Source of the DNA: Candidatus Woesearchaeota archaeon | Lineage (GTDB): Archaea > Nanobdellota > Nanobdellia > Pacearchaeales > GW2011-AR1 | Length of the DNA: 32,526 nucleotides | Direction of reading: 5' to 3' | Assembly (NCBI GenBank): GCA_964482075.1 | Contig: CAYZVU010000002.1 | Coordinates: 1-32,526 of the forward strand | Shown here: piece after piece, positions 8,687 to 16,631 of the stretch | How the letters are laid out: each line of letters starts with the position of its first letter | Numbering within the stretch: the first letter of the stretch is position 1 | Program-made: the position numbers and the translations under genes | Notes under the pieces: generated by a model | Database searches by the model: none | Seen by the model: only the letters and a program-made list of their open reading frames with translations | Told to the model about the DNA's origin: nothing

Positions 8687-9367
8687 ATGATAAAGAGGGG
8701 GGATAAAAGAGCATCGCATGTTGGAATAATTTTGTCATTTGTGATTTTTGTAACTTTTTTGCTTTTTTTATATTCTGCTTTAGAGCCGTCTTTTAAAACA
8801 GGGGAAGATAAGGAAAATATTTTAAATTCTCTTGAGAAAGAATTGATTGGAGAATTTTCTACTGAGTTGACTACTATTTTGATTTCTTTTCCTCCTGGTG
8901 AAGAGGCAGTAACTTGTGTAGAAGTTGGTCTAAGTGAGTTGGAGTTAGGGAATAATTTTATTGTGAAAGATGGAGAAGAAATTGTTGTTTCTTTTTTTGG
9001 TTCTGGAAATTTGCAGATTGATTCTGATAAAAGTTTTTTTAAAGCGTATTTCTCAGAGGAAGAATTTATAGGAGAAAGTTTTGATGGAGGGAGTTGTGGG
9101 GTTGGAAAAATAGGTTCAGTTCTTGTGGAAGAATATGTTTTTGAATCGCGAGTTGTGGATTTTATTAATGATTTTGAAAATAAGAATTTGAATGTTCCTG
9201 AAGAGAATAAGGTTGGGATTATTTTTAAGAATAATAAAGATGTGATTTTGGCTGAAACAGAGACTGGAGAGAGTAATTCGGAAGTTTATATTAGAGATGT
9301 CCCTGTCCAGTATATTGATAATGAAGCAAATATAAAGCCGGGGGTTATTAATATTAGAATATGGTGA
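8687..9367 (+). CDS. prepilin-like / class III signal peptide protein
   Basis: MIKRGDKRA/SHVGIILSFVIFVTFLLFLYSAL: charged N-terminus followed by one hydrophobic helix. TATA-like TTAATAAA lies about 24 nt upstream. Confidence 0.45.
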   Translation: MIKRGDKRASHVGIILSFVIFVTFLLFLYSALEPSFKTGEDKENILNSLEKELIGEFSTELTTILISFPPGEEAVTCVEVGLSELELGNNFIVKDGEEIVVSFFGSGNLQIDSDKSFFKAYFSEEEFIGESFDGGSCGVGKIGSVLVEEYVFESRVVDFINDFENKNLNVPEENKVGIIFKNNKDVILAETETGESNSEVYIRDVPVQYIDNEANIKPGVINIRIW

Positions 9368-9783
9368 TGAATAATCGTGGTTGGATAAAAATTATAGAGG
9401 CTTTTATTGCAGTTATGTTAATTGCAATTGTTTTGTTGATTGTTATTAATCAGGGCTATATTGGGAAATCTGATTCGTCATCAAAGTTTTATGATTTGCA
9501 ACTTTCTGTTTTGAGGGAGATTGAGTTAAATAATGATATGAGGGTGGAAATTTTATTTGCAGAGATGGGGGGGGTTAGTGAGAATAATGCTGGAGAGGTT
9601 TATGAGTTAATTGAATCTCGAATTCCGGATTTAGAATGTGATGCAATAATTTGCGGGTTAAATTCTGTTTGTGCTCATGATTATATTTCGGGCAAAGAAA
9701 TTTATGCTCAGTCTGTTGCAATTGCTATGACTTTAAAGAGTGAAAAGTTGAGGCAGTTGAAGCTGTTTTGTTGGAAGGAATAG
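9361..9783 (+). CDS. prepilin-like protein
   Basis: M(VM)NNRG/WIKIIEAFIAVMLIAIVLLIVI, with an acidic residue near +5/+6. Overlaps the upstream stop. An alternative ATG exists at 9367. Confidence 0.5.
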   Translation: MVMNNRGWIKIIEAFIAVMLIAIVLLIVINQGYIGKSDSSSKFYDLQLSVLREIELNNDMRVEILFAEMGGVSENNAGEVYELIESRIPDLECDAIICGLNSVCAHDYISGKEIYAQSVAIAMTLKSEKLRQLKLFCWKE

Positions 9784-9825
9784 GTTTATAGAAAATTTTA
9801 TAAATAGAGTTTTGGAGAGATATTT

Positions 9826-10059
9826 ATGAGTGAATATGAAAGATATCTTGGATTGGCAGAGACATGCAAATTATTAGCTGGGCAGTCTGTTGGAGATGAA
9901 AGACTTAGATGTCTTTATGCAGTATTAAAATTTAATAGGCTTGCAGTTTATTTTAAAGGAGAAGTAGAAGATGATGGATTAGGGGGAATTGTTGATGGGA
10001 AAAATGTTTTTAGGCTCGAAGATTTTAGGCCTAAAAGAAAAAGAGTTTCTTCTGTTTAG
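9826..10059 (+). CDS. hypothetical small soluble protein
   Basis: 77-aa ORF. TATA-like TTTTATAAATA at 9796-9806 is about 25 nt upstream of the ATG. No recognisable family. Confidence 0.45.
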   Translation: MSEYERYLGLAETCKLLAGQSVGDERLRCLYAVLKFNRLAVYFKGEVEDDGLGGIVDGKNVFRLEDFRPKRKRVSSV

Positions 10060-10110
10060 TTTTTTATGTGATTGAGTTAAATATATAATCTCTTTTTTCT
10101 TGTATTTTGT

Positions 10111-10962
10111 ATGGCTAAAAAAACTCCGACATGGAAAATTGTTTTGATTATTTTGGTTATGATATTTGTGGTTTTTATTTTGATGACTAAAATTAGAATG
10201 GGAAATAATAATCCTGTCCCAAATGATGTTCGGCCTTTTTTGAAAAGTAATATTGTATATGGTTCTGCAAATAAACAGACTTTTGATTTTTATTCGTCTG
10301 GGGAATATTCTGATGTTTTGGCCGTAATTGTGCATGGAGGCGGTTGGGTTGCTGGGGATAAAAATTATATTTCAAGTGTTGCGTGGTTTTTGTATGAAAA
10401 TGATTATAGTGTTGCGAATATGAATTATCGGCTTGCTCCAAATGCGAAGGCGGAGGATCAGTTGAGGGATATTGCTTCGGTTATTAATTATGTTGATGCA
10501 AATAAAAAGAAGTTTAAGTTGAAGGAGAATTATGAGGTTGTGTTGGTTGGGCATTCTGCTGGTGCGCATCTTTCTGCTCTCTATGGTTTGACTGAGAGAG
10601 ATTATGGGATGAAGGATGTTGCAGGGGTTGTTGGTTTGGCTGGGCCTTATGATTTAACAATCGAAAATGAAAAGCTTTGGGTTAATTTAGTTATGGAATC
10701 TATTTTAGGAGAGATGACGCGGATTGAGGCGTCGCCTGTTTCTCATGTTAATGGTGGAGAGAAAACAAAGTTTTTGTTGGCGTTGGGGACTAATGATAAT
10801 TTGCTTAGTTTTGAGCAGATGGATGTTTTTGATGATGAGTTAAAAGATAAAGGTGTTTCTGTTAAGAGTTTGTATGTTTCTGGAAGAACTCATAATACTC
10901 TTTTTGAAATGATTGGGGAGAATGAAATTGTGGGGAAGGAGATTTTGAAGTTTGTTGGATAA
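10111..10962 (+). CDS. membrane-anchored alpha/beta-hydrolase (esterase/lipase, HGGG-type)
   Basis: N-terminal TM anchor, oxyanion-hole motif VIVHGGGWVAGDK and nucleophile elbow LVGHSAGAHLS. Confidence 0.75.
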   Translation: MAKKTPTWKIVLIILVMIFVVFILMTKIRMGNNNPVPNDVRPFLKSNIVYGSANKQTFDFYSSGEYSDVLAVIVHGGGWVAGDKNYISSVAWFLYENDYSVANMNYRLAPNAKAEDQLRDIASVINYVDANKKKFKLKENYEVVLVGHSAGAHLSALYGLTERDYGMKDVAGVVGLAGPYDLTIENEKLWVNLVMESILGEMTRIEASPVSHVNGGEKTKFLLALGTNDNLLSFEQMDVFDDELKDKGVSVKSLYVSGRTHNTLFEMIGENEIVGKEILKFVG

Positions 10963-10963
10963 A

Positions 10964-11389
10964 ATGAAAACAGAAGAAGAGATAATTAATATTGTAAGAA
11001 ATTTGCCAGAATGGTTTACCTCTGAGGCAGTTAAGCAACTTAAAATTGATTTAGAGAGATATTCTGTTCTTGTAGAAAAAGATAATTTTATTTTAGGATT
11101 TATAGTTTATGAAATTAAAAATAAAAAATGTTTAATTAAATGGGCTGCTGTAAAAAAAGATATTCAAAGAAAAGGGTTAGGAAAAAAATTAATTAAAAAA
11201 CTTGTGGATTTTTGTAGAAAAAATAAAATAAATCAAATTGAAGTAGATACTCTTGCAGAGACAGAAGATTATCTTCCTTATATATCCACAAGAAATTTTT
11301 ATCATTCTATTGGATTTAAGGATATTAATATAATTAAGAAAGGTTATCCAGATGGTTCTGATAAATTGATTTTAAGAATGGACTTATAA
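10964..11389 (+). CDS. GNAT-family N-acetyltransferase
   Basis: Acetyl-CoA-binding motif A, VKKDIQRKGLGKKLIKKLVDF (Q/RxxGxG/A). ATG 10964 is preferred over the TTG at 10952. Confidence 0.7.
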   Translation: MKTEEEIINIVRNLPEWFTSEAVKQLKIDLERYSVLVEKDNFILGFIVYEIKNKKCLIKWAAVKKDIQRKGLGKKLIKKLVDFCRKNKINQIEVDTLAETEDYLPYISTRNFYHSIGFKDINIIKKGYPDGSDKLILRMDL

Positions 11390-11522
11390 AATAATTAAGT
11401 AAAATAAAAAAGATTTGGAATTTAACTTTAATGGAGAGGTTTTTTTGAAAGATTTAAAAACCATTAATAATTGATATTTTTGAGGTGTGGTGCCTCAGAA
11501 ACCTAATTCTGAGAATGTTTAA

Positions 11523-12083
11523 ATGAAATTAAAAAATATAACAAGAAAAATAAAGGGTCATTTAGTGGATACTACTGGATTGCTTGTCCCGACGAGTCCT
11601 GTTTATGCGGGATTTGAAGTTTTTGTGGCGGGGATGAATGATAGTGTTTCTTTAAAGGCAAGAGCAATAATTTCTGGAGTTTCATATCTTGGGTTTGGTT
11701 CTCTTTTTTCAAAAGGGAGAGATTTTTCAAGGAAGAAGTTTAATATTAATGATAAAACAAAAGAGAGTATTCAATATGTTCATGATTTGGGATATTCTGC
11801 TTCAATAAATCTTGTGATTGGGCCTTTAATTTATTTAGCTTCTGGAGAAACAGATATAAAAAAAATAGCGATTGGGGTGGGAACTGGAATGGCTTTTTCA
11901 ACAATTACTGGATGGCCGATGGGATATTCTATTGATATGTTTAGAGATTTAATGGGGATTAGGAAATCTGAGAGAATTTCTAAGAAATTGAGTGGTCAAA
12001 ATCCTATTGTTAAAAAAGGTCTTGCTGCATTATTAGTTGGAAGTTCGGTGGCTGCGATGGCAGGAATTTATTCTTTAAGTTAA
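11523..12083 (+). CDS. AlaE-like (L-alanine exporter family) membrane protein
   Basis: VDTTGLLVPTSPVYAGFEVFVAGMNDSVSLKAR and GWPMGYSIDMFRDLMG resemble, from memory, E. coli AlaE segments (ADTFAMVVY...EVFLSGMSFEQS..SR; GYFLDYCRRLF). Multi-pass membrane protein. Confidence 0.35.
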   Translation: MKLKNITRKIKGHLVDTTGLLVPTSPVYAGFEVFVAGMNDSVSLKARAIISGVSYLGFGSLFSKGRDFSRKKFNINDKTKESIQYVHDLGYSASINLVIGPLIYLASGETDIKKIAIGVGTGMAFSTITGWPMGYSIDMFRDLMGIRKSERISKKLSGQNPIVKKGLAALLVGSSVAAMAGIYSLS

Positions 12084-12118
12084 GTAAAACTTAAAAACTC
12101 CTATTAAGATTTATTGAG

Positions 12119-12406
12119 ATGATAGTTAAAGTATTGGGAATTTTAGATGTATTTATTGGGCTTGTGTTTTTGATATTTGGAATTTTTGATGTTTTTTCAG
12201 AGGGGTTTATTTTTAAGTTGGGTTTGATTTTATTATTTAAGGGTTTTATTTTTGTTTGGGGTTTGAGCTTGGTAAGTATTTTGGATATTGTGTTTGCTAT
12301 AATTATTTTGATTTCAACTGTTATGGCTGTGCCTGCTCCGATAATAATAATTATAAGTTTGTTCTTGATTCAGAAAGGGGCTTTTAGTTTGTTTCCTAGT
12401 GGGTAG
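12119..12406 (+). CDS. small integral membrane protein
   Basis: 95-aa ORF, almost entirely hydrophobic (3 predicted TM segments). Confidence 0.45.
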   Translation: MIVKVLGILDVFIGLVFLIFGIFDVFSEGFIFKLGLILLFKGFIFVWGLSLVSILDIVFAIIILISTVMAVPAPIIIIISLFLIQKGAFSLFPSG

Positions 12407-12450
12407 AAAATAATTTAAAGGAGGGATTTGTTAGTGAAGTTGAGAAGAAA

Positions 12451-13197
12451 ATGAAAATTGATAGAATCTTGAAGAATAGAGATTTTTCGGGAAAGAAAGA
12501 TTTATATAAAACTTTTGAAAAAAAGATTGTTGATGCATTTTATCTTGAAAGAAAAATTATGATGATGAAATTTGGAAAGAGAGAACAATATCAATCAAGA
12601 ATTCAACTTATTGTTTTTTTAGTTTCCTGCTTAGAATACTTTTTGGAGGAAATTTTTAAGGAATCTTTAGACAAAGGAATTATTACTTTAGAAGATTTGA
12701 AAAAAGAAAAAAAGTTAGGTTCGGTTAAAGCCAATTTAGAAGAGTTGGAAGAAATAAATAAAAATAAAATAAAACTTTCAGAAATTTTAGCAGAAGAAAT
12801 GAACTTTCAGAATATAAGAGACATTGTTTTATTATGTGATTTATTAAAGATTGGTAAAAACTTCAATAAGATTTCTTCTCAGAAAAAGAAAGAAAGGTTG
12901 GCTCAATTTAAGGGAAAAATTCCTAATCTTGCCGAAAAGCACGCTCCCAATATTGAAAAAAGATTTACAAAATTTATAGTAAAAAATTTTGGTGCAGATT
13001 TTGCACTTCCAAAAGATCAAGAAAAAATAATAAGAATGATTAATACGGTGAGTAAAATGATTTTTCTTAGACATAAAATAGCTCATAAGGCTCATTCTAT
13101 TAAAATTGATAATTGGGAATCACTTACATATACTATGGCTACTGTGCAATTAGCCTTTTTTGTTAATGAATGTTATAAGATTGAAATAAAAAAATAA
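12451..13197 (+). CDS. HEPN-motif (R-x4-H) protein, putative RNase/abortive-infection-like
   Basis: All-helical-looking 248-aa protein with FLRHKIAH (R207-x4-H212, nt 13069-13086) near the C-terminus, where HEPN catalytic motifs usually sit. An acidic LEYFLEEIFKE segment lies upstream. Confidence 0.35.
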   Translation: MKIDRILKNRDFSGKKDLYKTFEKKIVDAFYLERKIMMMKFGKREQYQSRIQLIVFLVSCLEYFLEEIFKESLDKGIITLEDLKKEKKLGSVKANLEELEEINKNKIKLSEILAEEMNFQNIRDIVLLCDLLKIGKNFNKISSQKKKERLAQFKGKIPNLAEKHAPNIEKRFTKFIVKNFGADFALPKDQEKIIRMINTVSKMIFLRHKIAHKAHSIKIDNWESLTYTMATVQLAFFVNECYKIEIKK

Positions 13198-13241
13198 AGT
13201 TAGAAGTAAATGAAAAAATTCAATTTAACTACCTCTCTTCA

Positions 13242-13268
13242 AAATCCCCGAACTACTTCGTGGGATTT
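13242..13268. other. imperfect hairpin between convergent genes
   Basis: AAATCCCCGAA-CTAC-TTCGTGGGATTT: 11 of 12 stem positions pair, loop CTAC. Lies between the HEPN-like gene (+) and the RRM gene (-). Confidence 0.4.
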
Positions 13269-13291
13269 CTATTAATAAACAAACAATTAAA

Positions 13292-13309
13292 TAAAAAAAA
13301 TAAAAAAAG
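13292..13309 (-). terminator. oligo-T terminator of the RRM gene
   Basis: On the minus strand, T7-A-T8 runs occur about 20 nt after the stop codon of 13330..13680. Confidence 0.5.
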
Positions 13310-13329
13310 TTTGATTCTAGATTAAAAAT

Positions 13330-13680
13330 CTAAAATCTTCGTTGACCGCCGCTTCCGCCAGAACGATTTCCGCCACCACGGTTTCCACCGAAGTTTCCAC
13401 GATTTCCGCCATCACGATTAAAATCTCTCTTTGGTCTATCTTCCATTGGTTTTGCTTCGTTCACTTTCAATTGTCTTCCATCAACTTCTTTCTCGTTCAT
13501 GTCAGCAATTGCTTTCTTAGCAGATGCATCGTCTGCAATTGTTACAAAACCGAAACCCTTTGATCGTCCATTAAACTTATCTTTGATCAAAGAAACTTCT
13601 TCAGGATTAAAACTCTCGAAAAGCTTTTTCAAGCCTTCTTCGTCAACGCTCCAAGGCAAATTTCCTACATATATTTTCAT
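13330..13680 (-). CDS. RRM-domain glycine-rich RNA-binding protein with RGG-type tail
   Basis: RNP2 KIYVGNL, RNP1 KGFGFVTI, C-terminal GGNRGNFGGNRGGGNRSGGSGGQRRF. Locally elevated G+C. Confidence 0.9.
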   Translation of the reverse strand: MKIYVGNLPWSVDEEGLKKLFESFNPEEVSLIKDKFNGRSKGFGFVTIADDASAKKAIADMNEKEVDGRQLKVNEAKPMEDRPKRDFNRDGGNRGNFGGNRGGGNRSGGSGGQRRF

Positions 13681-13713
13681 CTTATACTTATCCTCCTTAT
13701 AATTCTATTGAAT

Positions 13714-14139
13714 TTATTCAATGTCCACAATTTTAATATTAAAGATTAGCTTTTTACCAGCTAAAGGATGATTTATGTCGATAACTACTTTTTCATCAGT
13801 AACTTCTGTAATTTGAGAGGGCATTTGTTGCCCATTTGGAGCAGATAGCATTAATCCCATACCTACTTTTGGTTCTTGGTCTTTTGGTAAGGCGTCTCTA
13901 GGAACTTCTTGTGTTAATTCAGGCTTTATTTCGCCGTAAGCATCTTTAGGTTCAATTGAGAATTCTTTTTCTTGGTCCTTTTCCATTCCTATCACAGCTT
14001 CGTCAAATCCTTTGATTACTTGACCTTCGCCTGCTTCAAATGCTAAGGGTTCTTTTCCCTTTGAGGAATCGAAAACTTGGCCGTCTTCTAATTTACCTTC
14101 ATATTCTACTTTTATCTTGTTGCCTTTTTCTATAGCCAT
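13714..14139 (-). CDS. FKBP-type peptidyl-prolyl cis-trans isomerase (short archaeal/SlyD-like)
   Basis: VEYEGKLEDGQVFDSS, PLAFEAGEGQVIKGFDEAVIGM, INHPLAGKKLIFNIKIV are typical FKBP plus insert-in-flap architecture. Confidence 0.85.
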   Translation of the reverse strand: MAIEKGNKIKVEYEGKLEDGQVFDSSKGKEPLAFEAGEGQVIKGFDEAVIGMEKDQEKEFSIEPKDAYGEIKPELTQEVPRDALPKDQEPKVGMGLMLSAPNGQQMPSQITEVTDEKVVIDINHPLAGKKLIFNIKIVDIE

Positions 14140-14169
14140 AATATGATTTATTGAATATGGCTTTTAAGC

Positions 14170-14541
14170 TTATTGGTTTAGTATATTTATTAAATCATTA
14201 GCAGAGTATTTTTTCCCAGCTTGTAGACCAAATTGTTCAATAAATTTCCTATCAAATTTAGCAGCTTCTTCATCAGTAATTATTTGGTCATCTCTTTGAC
14301 AAGAGTTTTCCTTTCTATAAGGGCATTTTGAATTACAAATATCATCTAAGCCAGTGGTTATTAAAATTTGATTTTCTGGATCTGATATCATTAAATCTAT
14401 TTTACTTGCAGCAACGCCTGCAAAATTTCCATAGTTTCTATTTAAGGCCTGGATAGCATTTAACATTTTAGGTCTTGCTCCTTGAATATATTTTTTAAGT
14501 ATTCCCAGATGGTGTCCTCTTAAGGCATGTTCTTTTATCAT
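14170..14541 (-). CDS. DUF1284-family protein
   Basis: N-terminal LRGHHL, central GLDDICNSKCPYRKENSC and FDRKFIEQFGL match my recollection of the DUF1284 consensus (LRPHHLLC..., DDICxxCP, LDrrvle.lGL). Confidence 0.55.
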   Translation of the reverse strand: MIKEHALRGHHLGILKKYIQGARPKMLNAIQALNRNYGNFAGVAASKIDLMISDPENQILITTGLDDICNSKCPYRKENSCQRDDQIITDEEAAKFDRKFIEQFGLQAGKKYSANDLINILNQ

Positions 14542-14648
14542 ATTTTGGAATTTGTAATTGTTTATTTAAATATATGGATTCTTACCAATTCTTTCACACA
14601 TAGATATTAGAGAGTTAATTTAATAAAGAATATAATTTTTCTTTAGAG

Positions 14649-16049
14649 ATGATAAAAATTAAGAAAATATCTGAGAATATTTATGAAATTCCAAAGAAAG
14701 GAAAGATGAATGTGCCTGGAAGGATTTTTATTTCAGAGAAGTTGTTGGAGGGTCTTGATGATTTTTCTTTGCAACAGGTTTCGAATGTGGCGATGTTGCC
14801 AGGGATTATTGATTATTCTTTTGCAATGCCCGATATTCATGCAGGATATGGGTTTACAATTGGAGGTGTGGCGGCTTTTGATGTGAAGAAAGGAGTTGTT
14901 TCGCCTGGCGGAGTTGGTTATGATATTAATTGCGGTGTGCGTTTGCTTTCAACAGATATTTCTGTGAAAGAATTTATGAAAAAAAGAAAAGAGATTATTC
15001 ATGATATTAAGAGAACTATCCCGTCTGGAGTTGGGCGTGGTGGTGAGAGAAGGAGCCGTGAGGATATTTTGGAAGTTTTGAAAAAAGGTTCGAAGTGGGC
15101 TTTGGAAAATGGTTTGGCTTTAAAAGAGGATTTGGAGAGGACTGAGGAAAATGGTTGTATTGCTGGGGCTGACCCTAAAGATATTTCCCAGAAGGCACTT
15201 TCTCGAGGGTTTTCTCAATTAGGAACTCTTGGAGCAGGAAATCATTTTATTGATGTTCAAAGTGTAGAGGAAATTTTTGAAGAGGAAATTGCAAAAGTTT
15301 TTCATTTGAAAAAAGATTCTGTTGTGATTATGAATCATTGTGGTTCTCGCGGATTGGGGCATCAGGTTGCTACTGATTATATTAAGTTGATGGAGAATGA
15401 GTTTGGAATTGATAATCTTCCTGATAGAGAATTAATTAATGCGCCGATTGAGTCTGAGCTTGGGAAAAAGTATTTGAGTGCGATGAATTGTGCTGTGAAT
15501 TTTGCTTTTTGTAATCGTCAGATTATTATGCATAAGATGAGGGATTTGTTGAAGAGATATTTCCCGAAGGCGAAAATTGAAATGGTTTATGATGTTTGTC
15601 ATAATATTGCGAAGTTTGAAGAGCATAAGGGGCGAGAAGTTTTGATTCATCGTAAGGGTGCGACTCGGTGTTTTGGCCCTGGCAGAAAAGAGGTACCAAA
15701 GATTTATAGAAAAGTTGGCCAGCCTGTCTTAATTCCTGGTTCAATGGCGACTGCAAGTTATGTTTTAGTTGGAACAAAAGAGGCAGAGGACCTTTCATTT
15801 GGTTCAACTTCTCATGGTGCTGGTCGGGCGAAAAGTAGAACTGAGGCACGGAAAAGCTTGACTAAAGAAGAGGCTGAAAAGATTTTGGAGGAAAGAGATG
15901 TTTGTTTAGAGTGTGGCGGTGTTAAAGGTTTGATTGAAGAGTCTTCTGAAAGTTACAAAGATATTGAAGAGGTTATTGATGTTTGTAGAAATTTAAATTT
16001 AGGAAAGCCTGTTGCGAAGTTGAAGCCGTTGGCTGTTATGATTGGATGA
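14649..16049 (+). CDS. rtcB: RNA 3-prime-phosphate/2-prime,3-prime-cyclic phosphate-5-prime-OH ligase RtcB (tRNA-splicing ligase)
   Basis: GVGYDINCGVR, GAGNHFIDVQ, HCGSRGLGHQVA, CHNIAKFE, IPGSMATASYVL, STSHGAGR. These are all hallmark RtcB metal/GMP-site motifs. Confidence 0.95.
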   Translation: MIKIKKISENIYEIPKKGKMNVPGRIFISEKLLEGLDDFSLQQVSNVAMLPGIIDYSFAMPDIHAGYGFTIGGVAAFDVKKGVVSPGGVGYDINCGVRLLSTDISVKEFMKKRKEIIHDIKRTIPSGVGRGGERRSREDILEVLKKGSKWALENGLALKEDLERTEENGCIAGADPKDISQKALSRGFSQLGTLGAGNHFIDVQSVEEIFEEEIAKVFHLKKDSVVIMNHCGSRGLGHQVATDYIKLMENEFGIDNLPDRELINAPIESELGKKYLSAMNCAVNFAFCNRQIIMHKMRDLLKRYFPKAKIEMVYDVCHNIAKFEEHKGREVLIHRKGATRCFGPGRKEVPKIYRKVGQPVLIPGSMATASYVLVGTKEAEDLSFGSTSHGAGRAKSRTEARKSLTKEEAEKILEERDVCLECGGVKGLIEESSESYKDIEEVIDVCRNLNLGKPVAKLKPLAVMIG

Positions 16050-16090
16050 AAGGGATAAATTTTTAAAAGTATAAATATCCTTTTTTTTAC

Positions 16091-16576
16091 ATGAAACATT
16101 TATTTATTGCAAGACATGGAAATTATTCTAAGATAAAAGAGGAATATAGATTAAATGATTCTGGTCGTCAACAAATGGAATTTTTAGGTAAAAGTATGAA
16201 AGAAATTTTAAAGGGGGGTTCTGCAAAAATTATCTCTTCAACAGCTCCGAGGGCATTAGATAGTTCAGAAGTATTAGTTCCACAATTGATTTCTCCAGGA
16301 TTTAAAGCAATTTCTTACCTCTGGTCTGGAGGGGATGCTCCAAGAGGAAGTTTTGGGGATATTCCAAATTTAGAAGAATTAATGATAATTTTAAATGATG
16401 AAAAAGATGATGCTGAGGGATTAATAATTGTTACTCATTTAGAAATTGTAAAAAGTTTTTCCAGTTATTATTTTAAAAAAGAATTCGGGGGGACGGAAAT
16501 TGTTATGCCCCCTTCAAAAGGGCAAGCAGTTCATTTTGATTTGGAGGGAAGAACTTATCAAATTCTTCCGAGATAA
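16091..16576 (+). CDS. histidine phosphatase superfamily (SixA/PGAM-like) protein
   Basis: LFIARHGN (RHG catalytic motif) at the N-terminus and IIVTHLE near the C-terminus. TATA-like GTATAAATA lies about 25 nt upstream. Confidence 0.6.
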   Translation: MKHLFIARHGNYSKIKEEYRLNDSGRQQMEFLGKSMKEILKGGSAKIISSTAPRALDSSEVLVPQLISPGFKAISYLWSGGDAPRGSFGDIPNLEELMIILNDEKDDAEGLIIVTHLEIVKSFSSYYFKKEFGGTEIVMPPSKGQAVHFDLEGRTYQILPR

Positions 16577-16631
16577 TTTTTTTTATGAAACATCTCCAAA
16601 GATTTAAATAATAATTTTTCTTCGTCATTGT

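Noticed and set aside
13342-13702. Two plus-strand ORFs (13342-13563, 13499-13702) antisense to the RRM gene
   Set aside because: The minus-strand product has textbook RNP1/RNP2 motifs, while the plus-strand products have no recognisable features.
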